From positions 480,001 to 544,000 of the forward strand of contig JBGARZ010000005.1 in assembly GCA_044229975.1 (NCBI GenBank): 64,000 nucleotides of DNA, given 5' to 3'. A model generated the notes under the pieces. The model saw only the letters and a program-made list of their open reading frames with translations. It did not search any database and had not been told where the DNA came from. The position numbers were made by a program, and so were the translations under genes. Positions within the stretch are counted from its first letter, which is position 1; the number at the start of each line of letters is the position of its first letter. The stretch is from Polyangiales bacterium. GTDB taxonomy: Bacteria > Myxococcota_A > Polyangia > Polyangiales > Ga0077539. This document shows positions 12,398 to 22,309 of the stretch, in pieces.

Positions 12398-12943
12398 ATG
12401 AAGCCTTGCTTCGCCTTGTCGCTCTCGCTCGCGATGCTCCCGTCCGTCGGCAGCGCGCAGTTTGGCAACGGGGTGCCGCTCGCACCCCTGGTCGACGGGC
12501 GCAGGCCGCGCCCTCCCAGCAACGCGCTCATCCCCTACGAGGAGGGGACGCCCGTCCCGCCGGGCATGCGCGTCGTGACCCGCAACCGCGCGGGCCTGAT
12601 CGCCGCGGGTGCGTCGATCTTCGGGACGACCTACTTCGTGACCTCCATCGCCGGGACGCTCATCGCGGGCTCCGGCCGCAGGCCGGAAGGGGCGTGGCTC
12701 TTCGCTCCGGTCATTGGACCGTGGGTGTACGCCGCGAGCGGAGAGGGCATCTCGAGCGCCGGGGCGTTCTGGCTTGCGATGGACGGCCTGCTCCAGGGCG
12801 CCGGCCTCGCGATGCTCCTCGGCGGCGCGCTCAACCCGGTGCGCGGCCTCACCTACGCCCGCAGCGACGAGAACGCTCCCCGCTGGACGCTCACCCCCGG
12901 CTTCGCGGGAGGCCCTGGGGCGTCGCTGCATGTGACCTTCTGA
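12398..12943 (+). CDS. Exported / membrane hypothetical protein
   Basis: Signal peptide, hydrophobic segments with PVIGPW, terminal Phe. Confidence 0.75.
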   Translation: MKPCFALSLSLAMLPSVGSAQFGNGVPLAPLVDGRRPRPPSNALIPYEEGTPVPPGMRVVTRNRAGLIAAGASIFGTTYFVTSIAGTLIAGSGRRPEGAWLFAPVIGPWVYAASGEGISSAGAFWLAMDGLLQGAGLAMLLGGALNPVRGLTYARSDENAPRWTLTPGFAGGPGASLHVTF

Positions 12944-13060
12944 CGTCGGCCGTCCGGGAAGCGCGTGCGTCGTGGTTGCGACAACTCGACGCGCCGGGCG
13001 CTACGGGCAAACCAAGGACGACCCGGACCATCCGCCCCCCCGCGGGGGGGCAGATGCCCC

Positions 13061-14545
13061 TCACAACCGCCGCGGCAACGTAAACCAGAACGCGCTCCCC
13101 TCCCCCTCCTTCGCGTCGACGCCCACGGCCCCGCCGTGCGCCTCCACGATCGCGCGCACGATGGACAGCCCCAGCCCCGTCCCGCCCGACTCGCGCTCCG
13201 TCGTGAAGAAGCGGTCCCACACCCGCGCCGCGTTGGCCTCCGACATGCCCGGACCGCGGTCGCGCACCGTCGTATGAAACGCGTGCGTATCGCCCTCCAC
13301 CACCACCGCCACCGACCCGCCCTCCGGCGAGAAGCGCGTCGCGTTGTCGAGCAGGTTGGTCAGCACCGTCTCCACCTGCTCGGGTGAGGCGCGCGCGTGG
13401 TCGAAGGCGGCGTTCCAGGTGAGCACGGCGGCGGGGTAGCGGTCGACCACCGACTCCACCAGCGCGCGGTAGTCCAACGGAACCCGCACCTCCGCCCGCG
13501 ACTCGATGCGCGACAGCTCCAACAATCGCGTCACCAGCCGCGAGAGACGGTCGGCATCATCGAGGATGTTGCCCAGGAAGCGCTGCCTCGCCACGAGGTC
13601 GTCCGCCGCGCCGTCACGCAACAGCTCCGCCGCGCCGCGCACCGACGCGATGGGCGTCTTGAACTCGTGCGACACGTTGGCCGCCAGCTCGGAGATATAC
13701 GCGAGCCGCGCATCCAGCGCGCGCGCCATGGCGTCGAAGTCACGCGCCAGCATCCCGAGCTCGTCGCGCCCTCTGAGGTTGAGCGCCACGCCGCGCTCGC
13801 CCGCCGCGATGCGACCCGCGGCGTCGGTGAGCCTCCGCAGCGGGCGCGAGATGGTGAGCGACAGAAAGATGGCCACCAGCGTCCCGATGACGAGCGACCC
13901 GAGCGCCACCTTGATGAGCGCGTTGCGAACCCAGTAGAGCGAGAGCAGCACGGGGTAGGTGCTGCGCGTGACGTAGACGACGCCGAGCGTCGGGGCGCCC
14001 TCGTCGAGGCGGATGGGCTCGGCCACGAAGAGCGCGTACGCCCGCAGGTTGGGCACCCGCCGCGCGTACCGACCGGGCTTGCCGCGCAGCGCCAGCGCCA
14101 CCTCCGGCCGGTCGGCGTACGACCCGCTCGGCGGAACCGGATCGAGCACCGCGACCCGCCGCCGCGCGCTCGGATCGAGCGAGGCGGGGAGCAGTCGCCG
14201 GCCGACGGTTCGCAGGTCGACGTGCTCGGGCCCGGTGTCGAACACCACCCTCCCCTCGCGGTCGAGCACGCGCACCTCGGCGTGGAGACGCTCGGCCATC
14301 TGCCGCGCGCCCGCCGTGAGCGACGGCAGGTGCAGCTCGATGGGCCTCCCCGCCGGAACCGTCGCCGCGAGCGTGCAGGCCAGCACGCTCATGCCCTCCT
14401 CCTCGGCTCGCAACAGCTCGCGCTCCAGCGTTCGCGCGAAGGACATCCCCGCGACGGGGACGATCACCAGGAAGGCGTTGACCACCAGCAGCCGCATCCC
14501 GATGGAGTGCAGCGCGCGGCGCCAGCGTGGCTCCGTGGCGCTCAT
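13061..14545 (-). CDS. HAMP sensor histidine kinase (CreC/ChvG-like)
   Basis: Two TMs, HAMP, SHEFKTP, NLLDNA, DRGPG, GTGLGL. Confidence 0.92.
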   Translation of the reverse strand: MSATEPRWRRALHSIGMRLLVVNAFLVIVPVAGMSFARTLERELLRAEEEGMSVLACTLAATVPAGRPIELHLPSLTAGARQMAERLHAEVRVLDREGRVVFDTGPEHVDLRTVGRRLLPASLDPSARRRVAVLDPVPPSGSYADRPEVALALRGKPGRYARRVPNLRAYALFVAEPIRLDEGAPTLGVVYVTRSTYPVLLSLYWVRNALIKVALGSLVIGTLVAIFLSLTISRPLRRLTDAAGRIAAGERGVALNLRGRDELGMLARDFDAMARALDARLAYISELAANVSHEFKTPIASVRGAAELLRDGAADDLVARQRFLGNILDDADRLSRLVTRLLELSRIESRAEVRVPLDYRALVESVVDRYPAAVLTWNAAFDHARASPEQVETVLTNLLDNATRFSPEGGSVAVVVEGDTHAFHTTVRDRGPGMSEANAARVWDRFFTTERESGGTGLGLSIVRAIVEAHGGAVGVDAKEGEGSAFWFTLPRRL

Positions 14546-15243
14546 GCCTCGCGGAGCTTGTACCCGACGCCGTGCACCGTCTCGATGGGGTCGTGGCCCG
14601 CGTCGCGAAACTTCCGGCGCACCCGCTTCACGTGCGTGTCGATGGTGCGCTCGGTGATGAGGTTGTCGTACGCGTACGCCCGCTCCATCAACTGCGCGCG
14701 GGAGAGCACCACGCCGGGGCGTTCCATCAGCGAGGCGAGCAGGCCGAACTCCGTCACCGTGAGCTTCAACAGCGACTCGCGACAGCGCACCTCGTGCCGC
14801 GCCACGTCCATCACCACGGGGCCCACCCGCAGCGGTCGATCGCCCTCCGACGGCGGGGCGCCCGCGGCATCGGCACGACGCAGCACGGCCTTCACCCGCG
14901 CGGCCAGCTCGCGCGGCGAAAACGGCTTGGTCACGTAGTCGTCGCCGCCCATCTCCAGCCCGAGCACCTTGTCGATCTCCTCGTCGCGCGACGACAAGAA
15001 CACCACCGGCACCGACGCCCGCGCCGACGCCCGCAACCGACGACACACCTCCAGGCCGTCGACCTCGGGCATCAGGATGTCGAGCACCACCAGATCGAAG
15101 AGCGTCGCGCCCGGTCGCAGGAGCGCATCGAGGGCGGCGCGCCCGTCGTTCACCGAGGTGACCGCGTGGCCCTCGCGCTGTAGCGTGTAGACGACCACGT
15201 CGCGCAGGTGCGGGTCGTCGTCCACCACCAGGATCTGCTTCAC
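14542..15243 (-). CDS. OmpR-family response regulator
   Basis: ILVVDDD, LDILMP, DDYVTKPF, wHTH ETVHGVGY. Confidence 0.95.
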   Translation of the reverse strand: MKQILVVDDDPHLRDVVVYTLQREGHAVTSVNDGRAALDALLRPGATLFDLVVLDILMPEVDGLEVCRRLRASARASVPVVFLSSRDEEIDKVLGLEMGGDDYVTKPFSPRELAARVKAVLRRADAAGAPPSEGDRPLRVGPVVMDVARHEVRCRESLLKLTVTEFGLLASLMERPGVVLSRAQLMERAYAYDNLITERTIDTHVKRVRRKFRDAGHDPIETVHGVGYKLREA

Positions 15244-15902
15244 CCGGGCGACGCTACCGCGGGTTCGAGCGCCGCTCCAACGCCCTCGATGCGCGCGAGG
15301 ATCTCCCCCACCAGCTCGCCGAGGTTCTCGCCGGGGGCGGCGCCGTCGGTGAAGCGCAGCACCGTCACCTGCATCCGCAATCGGGCGCACATGCCGAGCA
15401 GTTCGTCGCGCTCGCGGGCCGCGCGCTCGCGCAGCGCCGACAGCCGGCGGGCTCCGTCGACGGCGGCGGTGGCGGCGTCGACCACGGCGCGGTCGGGTTC
15501 GCGCAACCGTCGCTCGGCGCGCGCGAGGTCGAACTCCTCCCCGGCGAGCACCTCGTCGAGCTCCTGCACCTTGGCGTCGAGGCGCGCGAGGTGATCGGTG
15601 AGCGCCGCGAGCTGGGCGGGCGTGGGGAGCAGCTCGGCGAAGGCGCCGGGGGAGATGCGGGTGCGCGCGGCCTCGATGGCGTCGACGAGCAGCGCCCGCT
15701 CGCGCTGGAGGTGCGGCGACGAGGGGCGCGCGGAGCTTCGTTGCTCCGAGCGCACCGGGCCGAGGAGCACGGGCACGTAGAGCGGCCAGAGGGTGAGCGT
15801 GAGCAGCGCATCGGTGAAGGAGACGGAGCTGCCGCGACGGGAGCGGAGGGCGATGGCGCTCCCGACGCCGACGACGAGGTAGCAGAGGGCGAGGTCGATC
15901 AC
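15240..15902 (-). CDS. Membrane-anchored coiled-coil hypothetical protein
   Basis: Two N-terminal TMs (LWPLY); 4-bp overlaps with both neighbours. Confidence 0.7.
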   Translation of the reverse strand: MIDLALCYLVVGVGSAIALRSRRGSSVSFTDALLTLTLWPLYVPVLLGPVRSEQRSSARPSSPHLQRERALLVDAIEAARTRISPGAFAELLPTPAQLAALTDHLARLDAKVQELDEVLAGEEFDLARAERRLREPDRAVVDAATAAVDGARRLSALRERAARERDELLGMCARLRMQVTVLRFTDGAAPGENLGELVGEILARIEGVGAALEPAVASPG

Positions 15903-16735
15903 TCGCACGACGACCCCACGCAGGGAGCGCCGCGTTCGAACGCGGCGGAGCGGGCGGTGTAGCCCCGGGCGGCGGAGACGGCGGAGGTGCCGAGGGCGTC
16001 GATGAAGTCGCCTTCGAGCGAGCGCACGAAGGGGATGTGCTCGGTGCGCGGGCGCACCACGAAGGGGCGGAGGATCCACGAGGTCTGCGCGCCGGTGAGG
16101 GCGAACACCGCGACGAAGGCGACGCCCACGCGGGTGGCGGCGGCGCCGTGGCGCGCGAGGCCGGAGAAGAGCAGGCGGCCCGCGAAGGCGCCCGCGACGG
16201 CGCACACCGCGACGACGGCGAGGATCACCCGATGGTACCCGAGCGACCACCCCTCCATGAGCCACACGAAGGGCGCGAGGCCGACGAGAACGAGGGCGAA
16301 GCGGGCGCATGATCCGAGCGCGAGCGCGATGACGGCGCGGGTCGAGATGTCGAGCCGCGCGGCGCGGGTGAAGGCGACGAAGGGCGCCGCGCAGACCGCG
16401 AGCGTGACCAGGAGAATGAGCGGGACCTTGAGGGTGCAGTAGAGCATCTGGAGCGCGCCGCGGTGGGCGCCCACGACGGCGCCGAAGAGCCCGGCGCCGA
16501 CGACGACGGCGCCGACGAGCACGCGGGTGAGCGAGGCGACCGAGGCGTTGCCGTCGGGCGCGGACTCGGCGTGAGCGAGGGCGGCGAGGAAGGCATCGGG
16601 CTCGCGCAGGAGGAGCTCGAGACGCGCGACGGCGCCGGGCGGGAGCTCGTCGGGCAGAGCACGCGGGGGTGTCGGAGCAGCGACGACGGTGGCGGCGGGA
16701 GGAGCGGGGAGCGCGAAGTCGGCTTCGATGGTCAT
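15899..16735 (-). CDS. Multi-pass membrane protein
   Basis: About five TMs; KVPL and QTSWILRPFV motifs. Confidence 0.75.
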   Translation of the reverse strand: MTIEADFALPAPPAATVVAAPTPPRALPDELPPGAVARLELLLREPDAFLAALAHAESAPDGNASVASLTRVLVGAVVVGAGLFGAVVGAHRGALQMLYCTLKVPLILLVTLAVCAAPFVAFTRAARLDISTRAVIALALGSCARFALVLVGLAPFVWLMEGWSLGYHRVILAVVAVCAVAGAFAGRLLFSGLARHGAAATRVGVAFVAVFALTGAQTSWILRPFVVRPRTEHIPFVRSLEGDFIDALGTSAVSAARGYTARSAAFERGAPCVGSSCE

Positions 16736-17259
16736 CGGGTCACCGCGGAGAGCGAGGGGAGGTGGTGAGAGAGCGCAACGGTGAGGCGGAGGCCGAGGGC
16801 GAGGGCGAAGAGGTTCCAGAGGGAGGAGGCGACGGTGAGGCGGGCGAAGGCGCGGTTGGAGACGGCGCGCACGGCGAGGACGCCGACGGTGAGGGCGCAG
16901 CCCGTGAGGAGGATGGCCGCGCTCGGGGTGCGCAGCGTGGCGGAGAAGAAGGCCGCGGGGGCGGCGAGGCCGAGGAGGGCGACGCCGACGGAGCCGAGCA
17001 CGGCAGAGACCTCGGCGATGAGCTTCTCGGCGGAGGAGCGCTCGTCGGAGTACATGCTCGCGAGGTAGAGCGGCGGCATGACGAGGAGCGCCCCGCCGAC
17101 GAAGAGGGCGGGCGACATCCAGGCGCCGCGGAGGGTGGCGGCGACGCCGTGGCCGAGGCCCGAAGCAGCGCCGAAGAGGGCGGAGCCGAGGACGCCGAGG
17201 AGCAGCTCGCGCGGCACGGCGGCCTCGGTGGGAAGAGAGACGGAGGCGGAGGTTGTCAT
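16732..17259 (-). CDS. Multi-pass membrane protein (distant paralogue of the next gene)
   Basis: Hydrophobic; PPLY motif; translationally coupled. Confidence 0.7.
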   Translation of the reverse strand: MTTSASVSLPTEAAVPRELLLGVLGSALFGAASGLGHGVAATLRGAWMSPALFVGGALLVMPPLYLASMYSDERSSAEKLIAEVSAVLGSVGVALLGLAAPAAFFSATLRTPSAAILLTGCALTVGVLAVRAVSNRAFARLTVASSLWNLFALALGLRLTVALSHHLPSLSAVTR

Positions 17260-17388
17260 CGCTGGACCGTGATGGGGCGGAGGCGTCGGCGCGCGGCCGA
17301 TACCGCGCGGCGAGCACCGCGATGACGGGTATGCGCGGCCGGTGTGGCTACCGCGCGGACGGGGCGATGGACGTTGGGGGGAAGGTGC

Positions 17389-17405
17389 GTGGCGGAATTG
17401 TGGCG
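17389..17405 (-). promoter_or_regulatory. Possible OmpR-type tandem binding site
   Basis: GTGGCG direct repeat with 11-bp period, upstream of the operon that encodes the response regulator. Confidence 0.3.
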
Positions 17406-17426
17406 ACGCGGAGAGAGCGCGGTTGG

Positions 17427-18617
17427 TCAGCGCGTGGCGGACCAGGTGCCTTCGTTGGTGGGCGTTCCCTGGTAGCTCCAGGTGCCGCCGACGACGGCGT
17501 TCGAAGCGTTGACGGTGCCGCCGTAGAGGTACTGCTGCCCGGTGGAGCTACCGCTGGTGTAGCGCTTGATGAACATCAGGTAGCCGCTCTCGAAGTCGAC
17601 CGCGCCATGGAGCGATGAGGTTCCGTAGGTGTCGACCATGGTGCCGGTGAGCCCGCCGGAGGCCGTGACGGTGAGGTTGGTGCTGGTGATCGAGAAGCTC
17701 GACGTGAGGCGCCAGCTCCCGGAGAAGGAAGCGGGGGTGCGCCCGGTGCTCGTCTGCGCGGCGAAGACGGAGGTGTTGGTGGCGTCGGAGACGTCGACCC
17801 AGGTGCCCGCGATGCGGTCGCGCGGCGTGCCGGCGGTGTGCGTGCCGACGTAGCGGAACGAGAGGTTGGTGGAGGTTCCGTAGAGGTAGCGCTTGGTGAA
17901 GGTCACGCGGCGGGTGCAGACGTCGACGGCGATGGGGTTGAACTCGGCGTAGCCGTAGCCGTCGACCATGGCGCCGGTGAAGGCGGTGGCCGAGGAGCCT
18001 GCCGCGAACCAGCCGAGCCCGAGGGCGGTGGTGGTGGAGCCGGACGGCGCGATGCCGAAGCGCCAGTTGCCCGCGATGGAGAGCGTCGGGAGCGCGCAGG
18101 TGGACCAGGCGGACCAGGTGCCGGAGACGCAGGTGCGAGATTGGGTTCCGCAGGTGGAGCAGGTCTGGGTGGTGGGGCCGGTGCAGGTGGGCGGGACGTC
18201 GGGGTTGACCGGGACATCGCGCGCGACGGGAACATCAACGGGCATCGACGGGACGTCGGCGGTGGCAGGGACATCGCGCACGACGGGCACGTCCATGGGC
18301 GGAGGCGGGACGTCGACCGCGGGCACGTCGCGCGGAGGCGGGACGTCGACGGCCGGGAAGCCGGCGTCTTCGGGGTAGCCAGCGTCCGGGGTGGGCTCGC
18401 CGGTGTCGTCGGGCGGGAGGCCAGCGTCCTCGGGGTCGCCGGTGTCGTCGGGGAGAGAGCGGGCGTCTCCGACGAGCTCCCCCGCGTCGTCGTCCCATGG
18501 GGCGTCGGGGTCCTGCTGCTCGCCGGTCGCGCACGCCGCGAGGAGCGAGGCCGCCAGCGCCACGAGCGGCAGGCGACGGAGGCGAGCGGTGAGAGTGGTG
18601 TTGAACGCGGATCGCAT
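17427..18617 (-). CDS. Lipoprotein with Pro/Asp-rich linker and two tandem beta-rich domains
   Basis: Lipobox LLAAC; DVP repeats; duplicated G.W...TG.MVD.YG...F.KRY..G...Y.G...GTW unit. Confidence 0.8.
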   Translation of the reverse strand: MRSAFNTTLTARLRRLPLVALAASLLAACATGEQQDPDAPWDDDAGELVGDARSLPDDTGDPEDAGLPPDDTGEPTPDAGYPEDAGFPAVDVPPPRDVPAVDVPPPPMDVPVVRDVPATADVPSMPVDVPVARDVPVNPDVPPTCTGPTTQTCSTCGTQSRTCVSGTWSAWSTCALPTLSIAGNWRFGIAPSGSTTTALGLGWFAAGSSATAFTGAMVDGYGYAEFNPIAVDVCTRRVTFTKRYLYGTSTNLSFRYVGTHTAGTPRDRIAGTWVDVSDATNTSVFAAQTSTGRTPASFSGSWRLTSSFSITSTNLTVTASGGLTGTMVDTYGTSSLHGAVDFESGYLMFIKRYTSGSSTGQQYLYGGTVNASNAVVGGTWSYQGTPTNEGTWSATR

Positions 18618-18729
18618 CGCTGAGAGGGGGAGAGCTACCACGACTGCGCGAGGGATCCTCGGGGAGCGCCCACCCGCGTCGACGGTATCGCGCGCCCGCC
18701 CGTCCTGTGCTGCACTGCGCGCCCCCCCA

Positions 18730-19911
18730 ATGAGCGCCACCGTCCCCGAAGCCGCCGCCCGCCTGCGCGACGCACTCACCCTGGCCAGCCGTGGGCTCGT
18801 CGACCGCGAGGCCCTCGTCGAGCTCGTCGCCCTCGCCGCCGTCGCGGGCGAGCACGTCCTCGTCATCGGCCCACCCGGAACCGCCAAGAGCGAAGCCGTC
18901 CGCCGCGCCGCCCGCTCCCTCGGCGGCGCCTACTTCGAGTACCTCCTCGGGCGCTTCACCGAGCCCAGCGAACTCTTCGGCCCCGTCGACCTCCGCAAGC
19001 TCCGCGAAGGCGTCGTCGAGGTCGAGACCGCCGGCATGCTCCCCGAGGCGGAGGTCGCCTTTCTCGACGAGGTGTTCCTCGGGTCGACGGCCATCCTCAA
19101 CACGCTGCTCACGCTGCTCAACGAGCGCACCTTCCGCCGCGGCTCCACCCGCCTCTCGTGCCCGCTGCGCGTCTGCGTCGGCGCCTCCAACGCGCTCCCC
19201 GACGACGACGCCCTCGCCCCCTTCGCCGACCGCTTTCTCGTGCGCGCCTTCCTCGACCCGGTCCCCGACGCCCGCCTCGAAGACCTCCTTGCCGGGGCCT
19301 GGCAGCTCAACACCGACCGCCCCGCCGCGCCCGCCTCGGTCGCCGACATCGACCTCCTCGCCACCGCCGCGCGCGGCCTCGACCTCGCGCCCGTGCGACC
19401 CGCCCTCGCCCACGCCATCCGCCTCCTGCGCCGCGCCCAGATCAACCTCTCCGACCGCCGCGCCGCGCGCGTTCAGCGCCTGGTCGCCGCCGCCGCCGTG
19501 CTCGCCGGTCGCACCCACGTCACCGAAGAAGACCTCTGGCCGCTGCTCACCGCCGTACCCACCCGCGAGGAGCAATCCACCGCGCGCGACGCCCTCCGCG
19601 ACGTGCTCGCCCGCAGCCGCAACGGCGCCCTCCGCGCCGCCAGCGAGGACGCCTCCGCGGGCCCCCTCGCCCGCGCCAACCGCATCGCCGCCGACGCCGA
19701 AGCGCTCCTCGCGCGCGGCCCCGACGCCAGCGCTCCCCTCCCCGACGGCGACCCCCACGTCGCGCCGCCCGACCCCCGCGAGGGCTTCCGCCTCCGCGTC
19801 GAAGGCGTGCTCCGCGAGATCGACGCGAGCTTCGCGCCGGGTGAGCTCCCCGCCGCGCTCACCGCGGTGCGTCCGCGGCTCGTGGCTGCGCTCGCCGCCT
19901 GGCAGGGCTGA
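18730..19911 (+). CDS. MoxR/RavA-like AAA+ ATPase of a beta-propeller ternary system
   Basis: GPPGTAKS, YFEYLLGRFTEPSELFGP, FLDEVF, GASN, DRF, SDRR. Confidence 0.9.
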   Translation: MSATVPEAAARLRDALTLASRGLVDREALVELVALAAVAGEHVLVIGPPGTAKSEAVRRAARSLGGAYFEYLLGRFTEPSELFGPVDLRKLREGVVEVETAGMLPEAEVAFLDEVFLGSTAILNTLLTLLNERTFRRGSTRLSCPLRVCVGASNALPDDDALAPFADRFLVRAFLDPVPDARLEDLLAGAWQLNTDRPAAPASVADIDLLATAARGLDLAPVRPALAHAIRLLRRAQINLSDRRAARVQRLVAAAAVLAGRTHVTEEDLWPLLTAVPTREEQSTARDALRDVLARSRNGALRAASEDASAGPLARANRIAADAEALLARGPDASAPLPDGDPHVAPPDPREGFRLRVEGVLREIDASFAPGELPAALTAVRPRLVAALAAWQG

Positions 19912-19951
19912 CCTCCAGGCGCCAGGAGGTGTGGCTCCAGACGTCTGGAGG
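19912..19951. terminator. Stem-loop / tandem palindromes after the AAA gene
   Basis: CCTCCAGGCG(19912-21)...CGTCTGGAGG(19942-51), between convergent genes. Confidence 0.4.
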
Positions 19952-19962
19952 CGACGGGACGG

Positions 19963-20499
19963 CTACGTGGATCTCGACGCGACCACGGGTAGCCGCACCA
20001 ACCGAGGCGCCGGTGTGTGCACAGGGAGTTCATCCCAGGTGCGCCCATCGCGATCACGGCCCGTGCGCTTCTCGTTCGGACCGCCCCACTGCTTGAAGAA
20101 GAACGCCACGCCCGCGCTGGGTTCATCTCTCGGGCGTGAGGGCCCGACTCTCCCCCCACGATGGCCCAGTCGATGCCGAGCAGGTCGAGGCCCGGCAGCG
20201 GACCGAGCAGCGGCTCCAGCGACAGGAACTTCAGCCGCGCGCCCGTCGTCCGCAGCGCCTCGATGCGGGGGACGTAGCGCTCGCTCTCGACGCTCACGCC
20301 CATCCAGACATTGTCGGGCCAATCGATGTGCGCGGAGAGCTCGGCGAGGCGTGTCGCGCGCCTGGTCAGGAGCGGGAAGCGGGGCCAGTGCGCCTCGCGC
20401 ATCACAGAGAAGACCCGCGCGATGTACGACTCCGGCACCTCGTCATGGGACAGGGTTCCAGGTGGCTTCGGTCCATTCGATGGAGGATCCAAGGGCCAT
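19963..20499 (-). pseudogene. DUF5131 (phage Gp37/Gp68) family pseudogene with two internal deletions / frameshifts
   Basis: MALGSSIEWTEATWNPV, then a frame change to HDEVP...NVWMGVSVE...SLEPLLG...VGGESG, then another to FFFKQWGG; Cys motif absent. Confidence 0.85.
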
Positions 20500-21011
20500 C
20501 AGTCGATCTTCCCGAGAACGTCGTTGGCGATCTTGTGCGCCAACGGGTTCGCCGCGGCGAAACAGAACAGGTACATCGGGTTGCCCGAGGAGTTTCGCAG
20601 GATGCGAGGGTTTGAGGCGACCGCAGGAAACACGGTCTTCAGGCGGTCGACGAAGTAGCGGGCGATCACCTCCACGCGCTCCTTCACCAGCATGGTCGCG
20701 TCCGGGCCGAAGAGGCCAAGCTGCGGCTCGACCCGGTAGAAGGTGTCGATCCAGTCGGTGGTCCCGAACATCACGTCGAGCCGGTGCAGCCAGCCGTCGG
20801 GAATCGCACCACTGCGAGTCACCAGACGGTTGACGCCAATGCCGTGCGGGAAGAGCCGCCAGAGGTCGATAGCCTGCGTGCGGGCGATCGCCTCGATGGT
20901 CTGCCACTCGACCTGCATCCCGTACGGGTCGAGGAACAACACCGCCCGATGCTCTGGCCAGGGCTTGCGACCGCAAAGCTTCTGGATCTCGGCGTTGACA
21001 CGTTCCGCCAC
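20499..21011 (-). pseudogene. tcmP: Three-Cys-motif partner protein TcmP, 5'-truncated
   Basis: RAVLFLDPYGMQVEW..IDLW.LFP; PMYLFCFA; N-terminal methyltransferase-like part missing; TGATG coupling to the DUF5131 gene. Confidence 0.75.
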
Positions 21012-21125
21012 CCGCTCGCCGATCCTTCGCGGCGTTTGCGCCGCCGCGGAGGCGGCACGGTCGAGCGTCCCGGGATCGTGACCGGAGTGCTCCCTCGTGA
21101 CGCCTCTCGCGCAGATCGCACCCCT

Positions 21126-21881
21126 TCAGGTCGATGGTCCGGTCGCGCCGCCCGGCGGTGACTCGTGGGCCATCGCCACCGCCGCGAGGCGCGCGGCCTC
21201 GCTCTTCGCCGCGGCCTCCTTGCGCTCGCTGTACCGGCTCACGAGGTACTCCGCGCGGTCGCGCACCAGCAGCGTGAACTTGAACAGCTCCTCCATCACG
21301 TCGACCACGCGGTCGTAGTAGGCCGACGGCTTCATCCGCCCCGCCTCGTCGAACTCCTGGAAGGCCTTCGCCACCGACGACTGGTTGGGGATGGTCACCA
21401 TCCGCATCCAGCGACCCAGCACCCGCAGCGCGTTGACGGCATTGAAGGACTGCGACCCACCCGACACCTGCATCACCGCGAGCGTTCGGCCCTGCGTGGG
21501 CCGCAGGCTCCCGAGCTCCAGCGGGAGCCAGTCGATCTGGCTCTTGAACACCCCCGTCATCGCGCCGTGCCGCTCGGGGCTGCACCACACCTGACCCTCC
21601 GACCAGAGCGACAGCTCGCGCAGCTCGACCACCTTCTCGTGGGTGGCCGGTGCGCTGTCGGGCAGCGGCAGACCCCGCGGGTCGTAGATGCGCGTCTCGG
21701 CGCCCATGCGATCGAGCAGCCGCGCGGCCTCCTGCGTGAGGAAGCGGCTGTACGAACGCTCCCGGCACGACCCGTAGAGAAGCAGGATGCGCGGCGCGTG
21801 GGTCGCTCGACCGATCGGCTCCAGGCGGGCGAGGTCGGGCAGATCGAAGTGCGCCTCGGACAGGTTGGGCAGGTCACTCAC
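21126..21881 (-). CDS. arsH: Arsenical resistance protein ArsH
   Basis: [50 protein letters not shown]. Confidence 0.96.
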   Translation of the reverse strand: MSDLPNLSEAHFDLPDLARLEPIGRATHAPRILLLYGSCRERSYSRFLTQEAARLLDRMGAETRIYDPRGLPLPDSAPATHEKVVELRELSLWSEGQVWCSPERHGAMTGVFKSQIDWLPLELGSLRPTQGRTLAVMQVSGGSQSFNAVNALRVLGRWMRMVTIPNQSSVAKAFQEFDEAGRMKPSAYYDRVVDVMEELFKFTLLVRDRAEYLVSRYSERKEAAAKSEAARLAAVAMAHESPPGGATGPST

Positions 21882-22309
21882 TCGATGCTCCTGCCACCGA
21901 CCGACCCATCACGCAGCCATCCCTCGGCCCGCAGCAGCCCCTCAACGCGCGCCTTCACCTCGTCGCGAATCTCCCGCACGCGCTCGACCGACCTGCCCTT
22001 CGGGTCTTCCAGCGGCCAGTCGTCGCGCCGGAGTCCGGGGACGACCGGGCAGGCGTCGCCGCAGCCCATGGTGATGAGCATCTGCGCACCCCGGGCGAGC
22101 GCGTCGGTGAGCCGCTGGGGCCGGGCCTCGGCGAGGTCGATTCCCACGTCGCGCATGGCATCGAGCACCTCGGGGTGGACCCGCTCGGCGGGAGCAGTGC
22201 CCGCCGAGAGCGCGCGCGCCCTCGCACCGTCGGCGAGCACGTTGAAGAACGCTGCTGCCATCTGCGAGCGACCCGCGTTGTGGACACAGGCGAAGATCAC
22301 GGTGGTCAT
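21878..22309 (-). CDS. arsC: Arsenate reductase, LMW-PTPase type
   Basis: [27 protein letters not shown]. Confidence 0.93.
   Translation of the reverse strand: MTTVIFACVHNAGRSQMAAAFFNVLADGARARALSAGTAPAERVHPEVLDAMRDVGIDLAEARPQRLTDALARGAQMLITMGCGDACPVVPGLRRDDWPLEDPKGRSVERVREIRDEVKARVEGLLRAEGWLRDGSVGGRSIE

Noticed and set aside
18190..18480. Short repeats (GGGACGTCG, CCGGTGTCGTCGGG) as an array
   Set aside because: They encode the DVP/PDDTG low-complexity linker of a lipoprotein; similar linkers occur near 7200 and 50150
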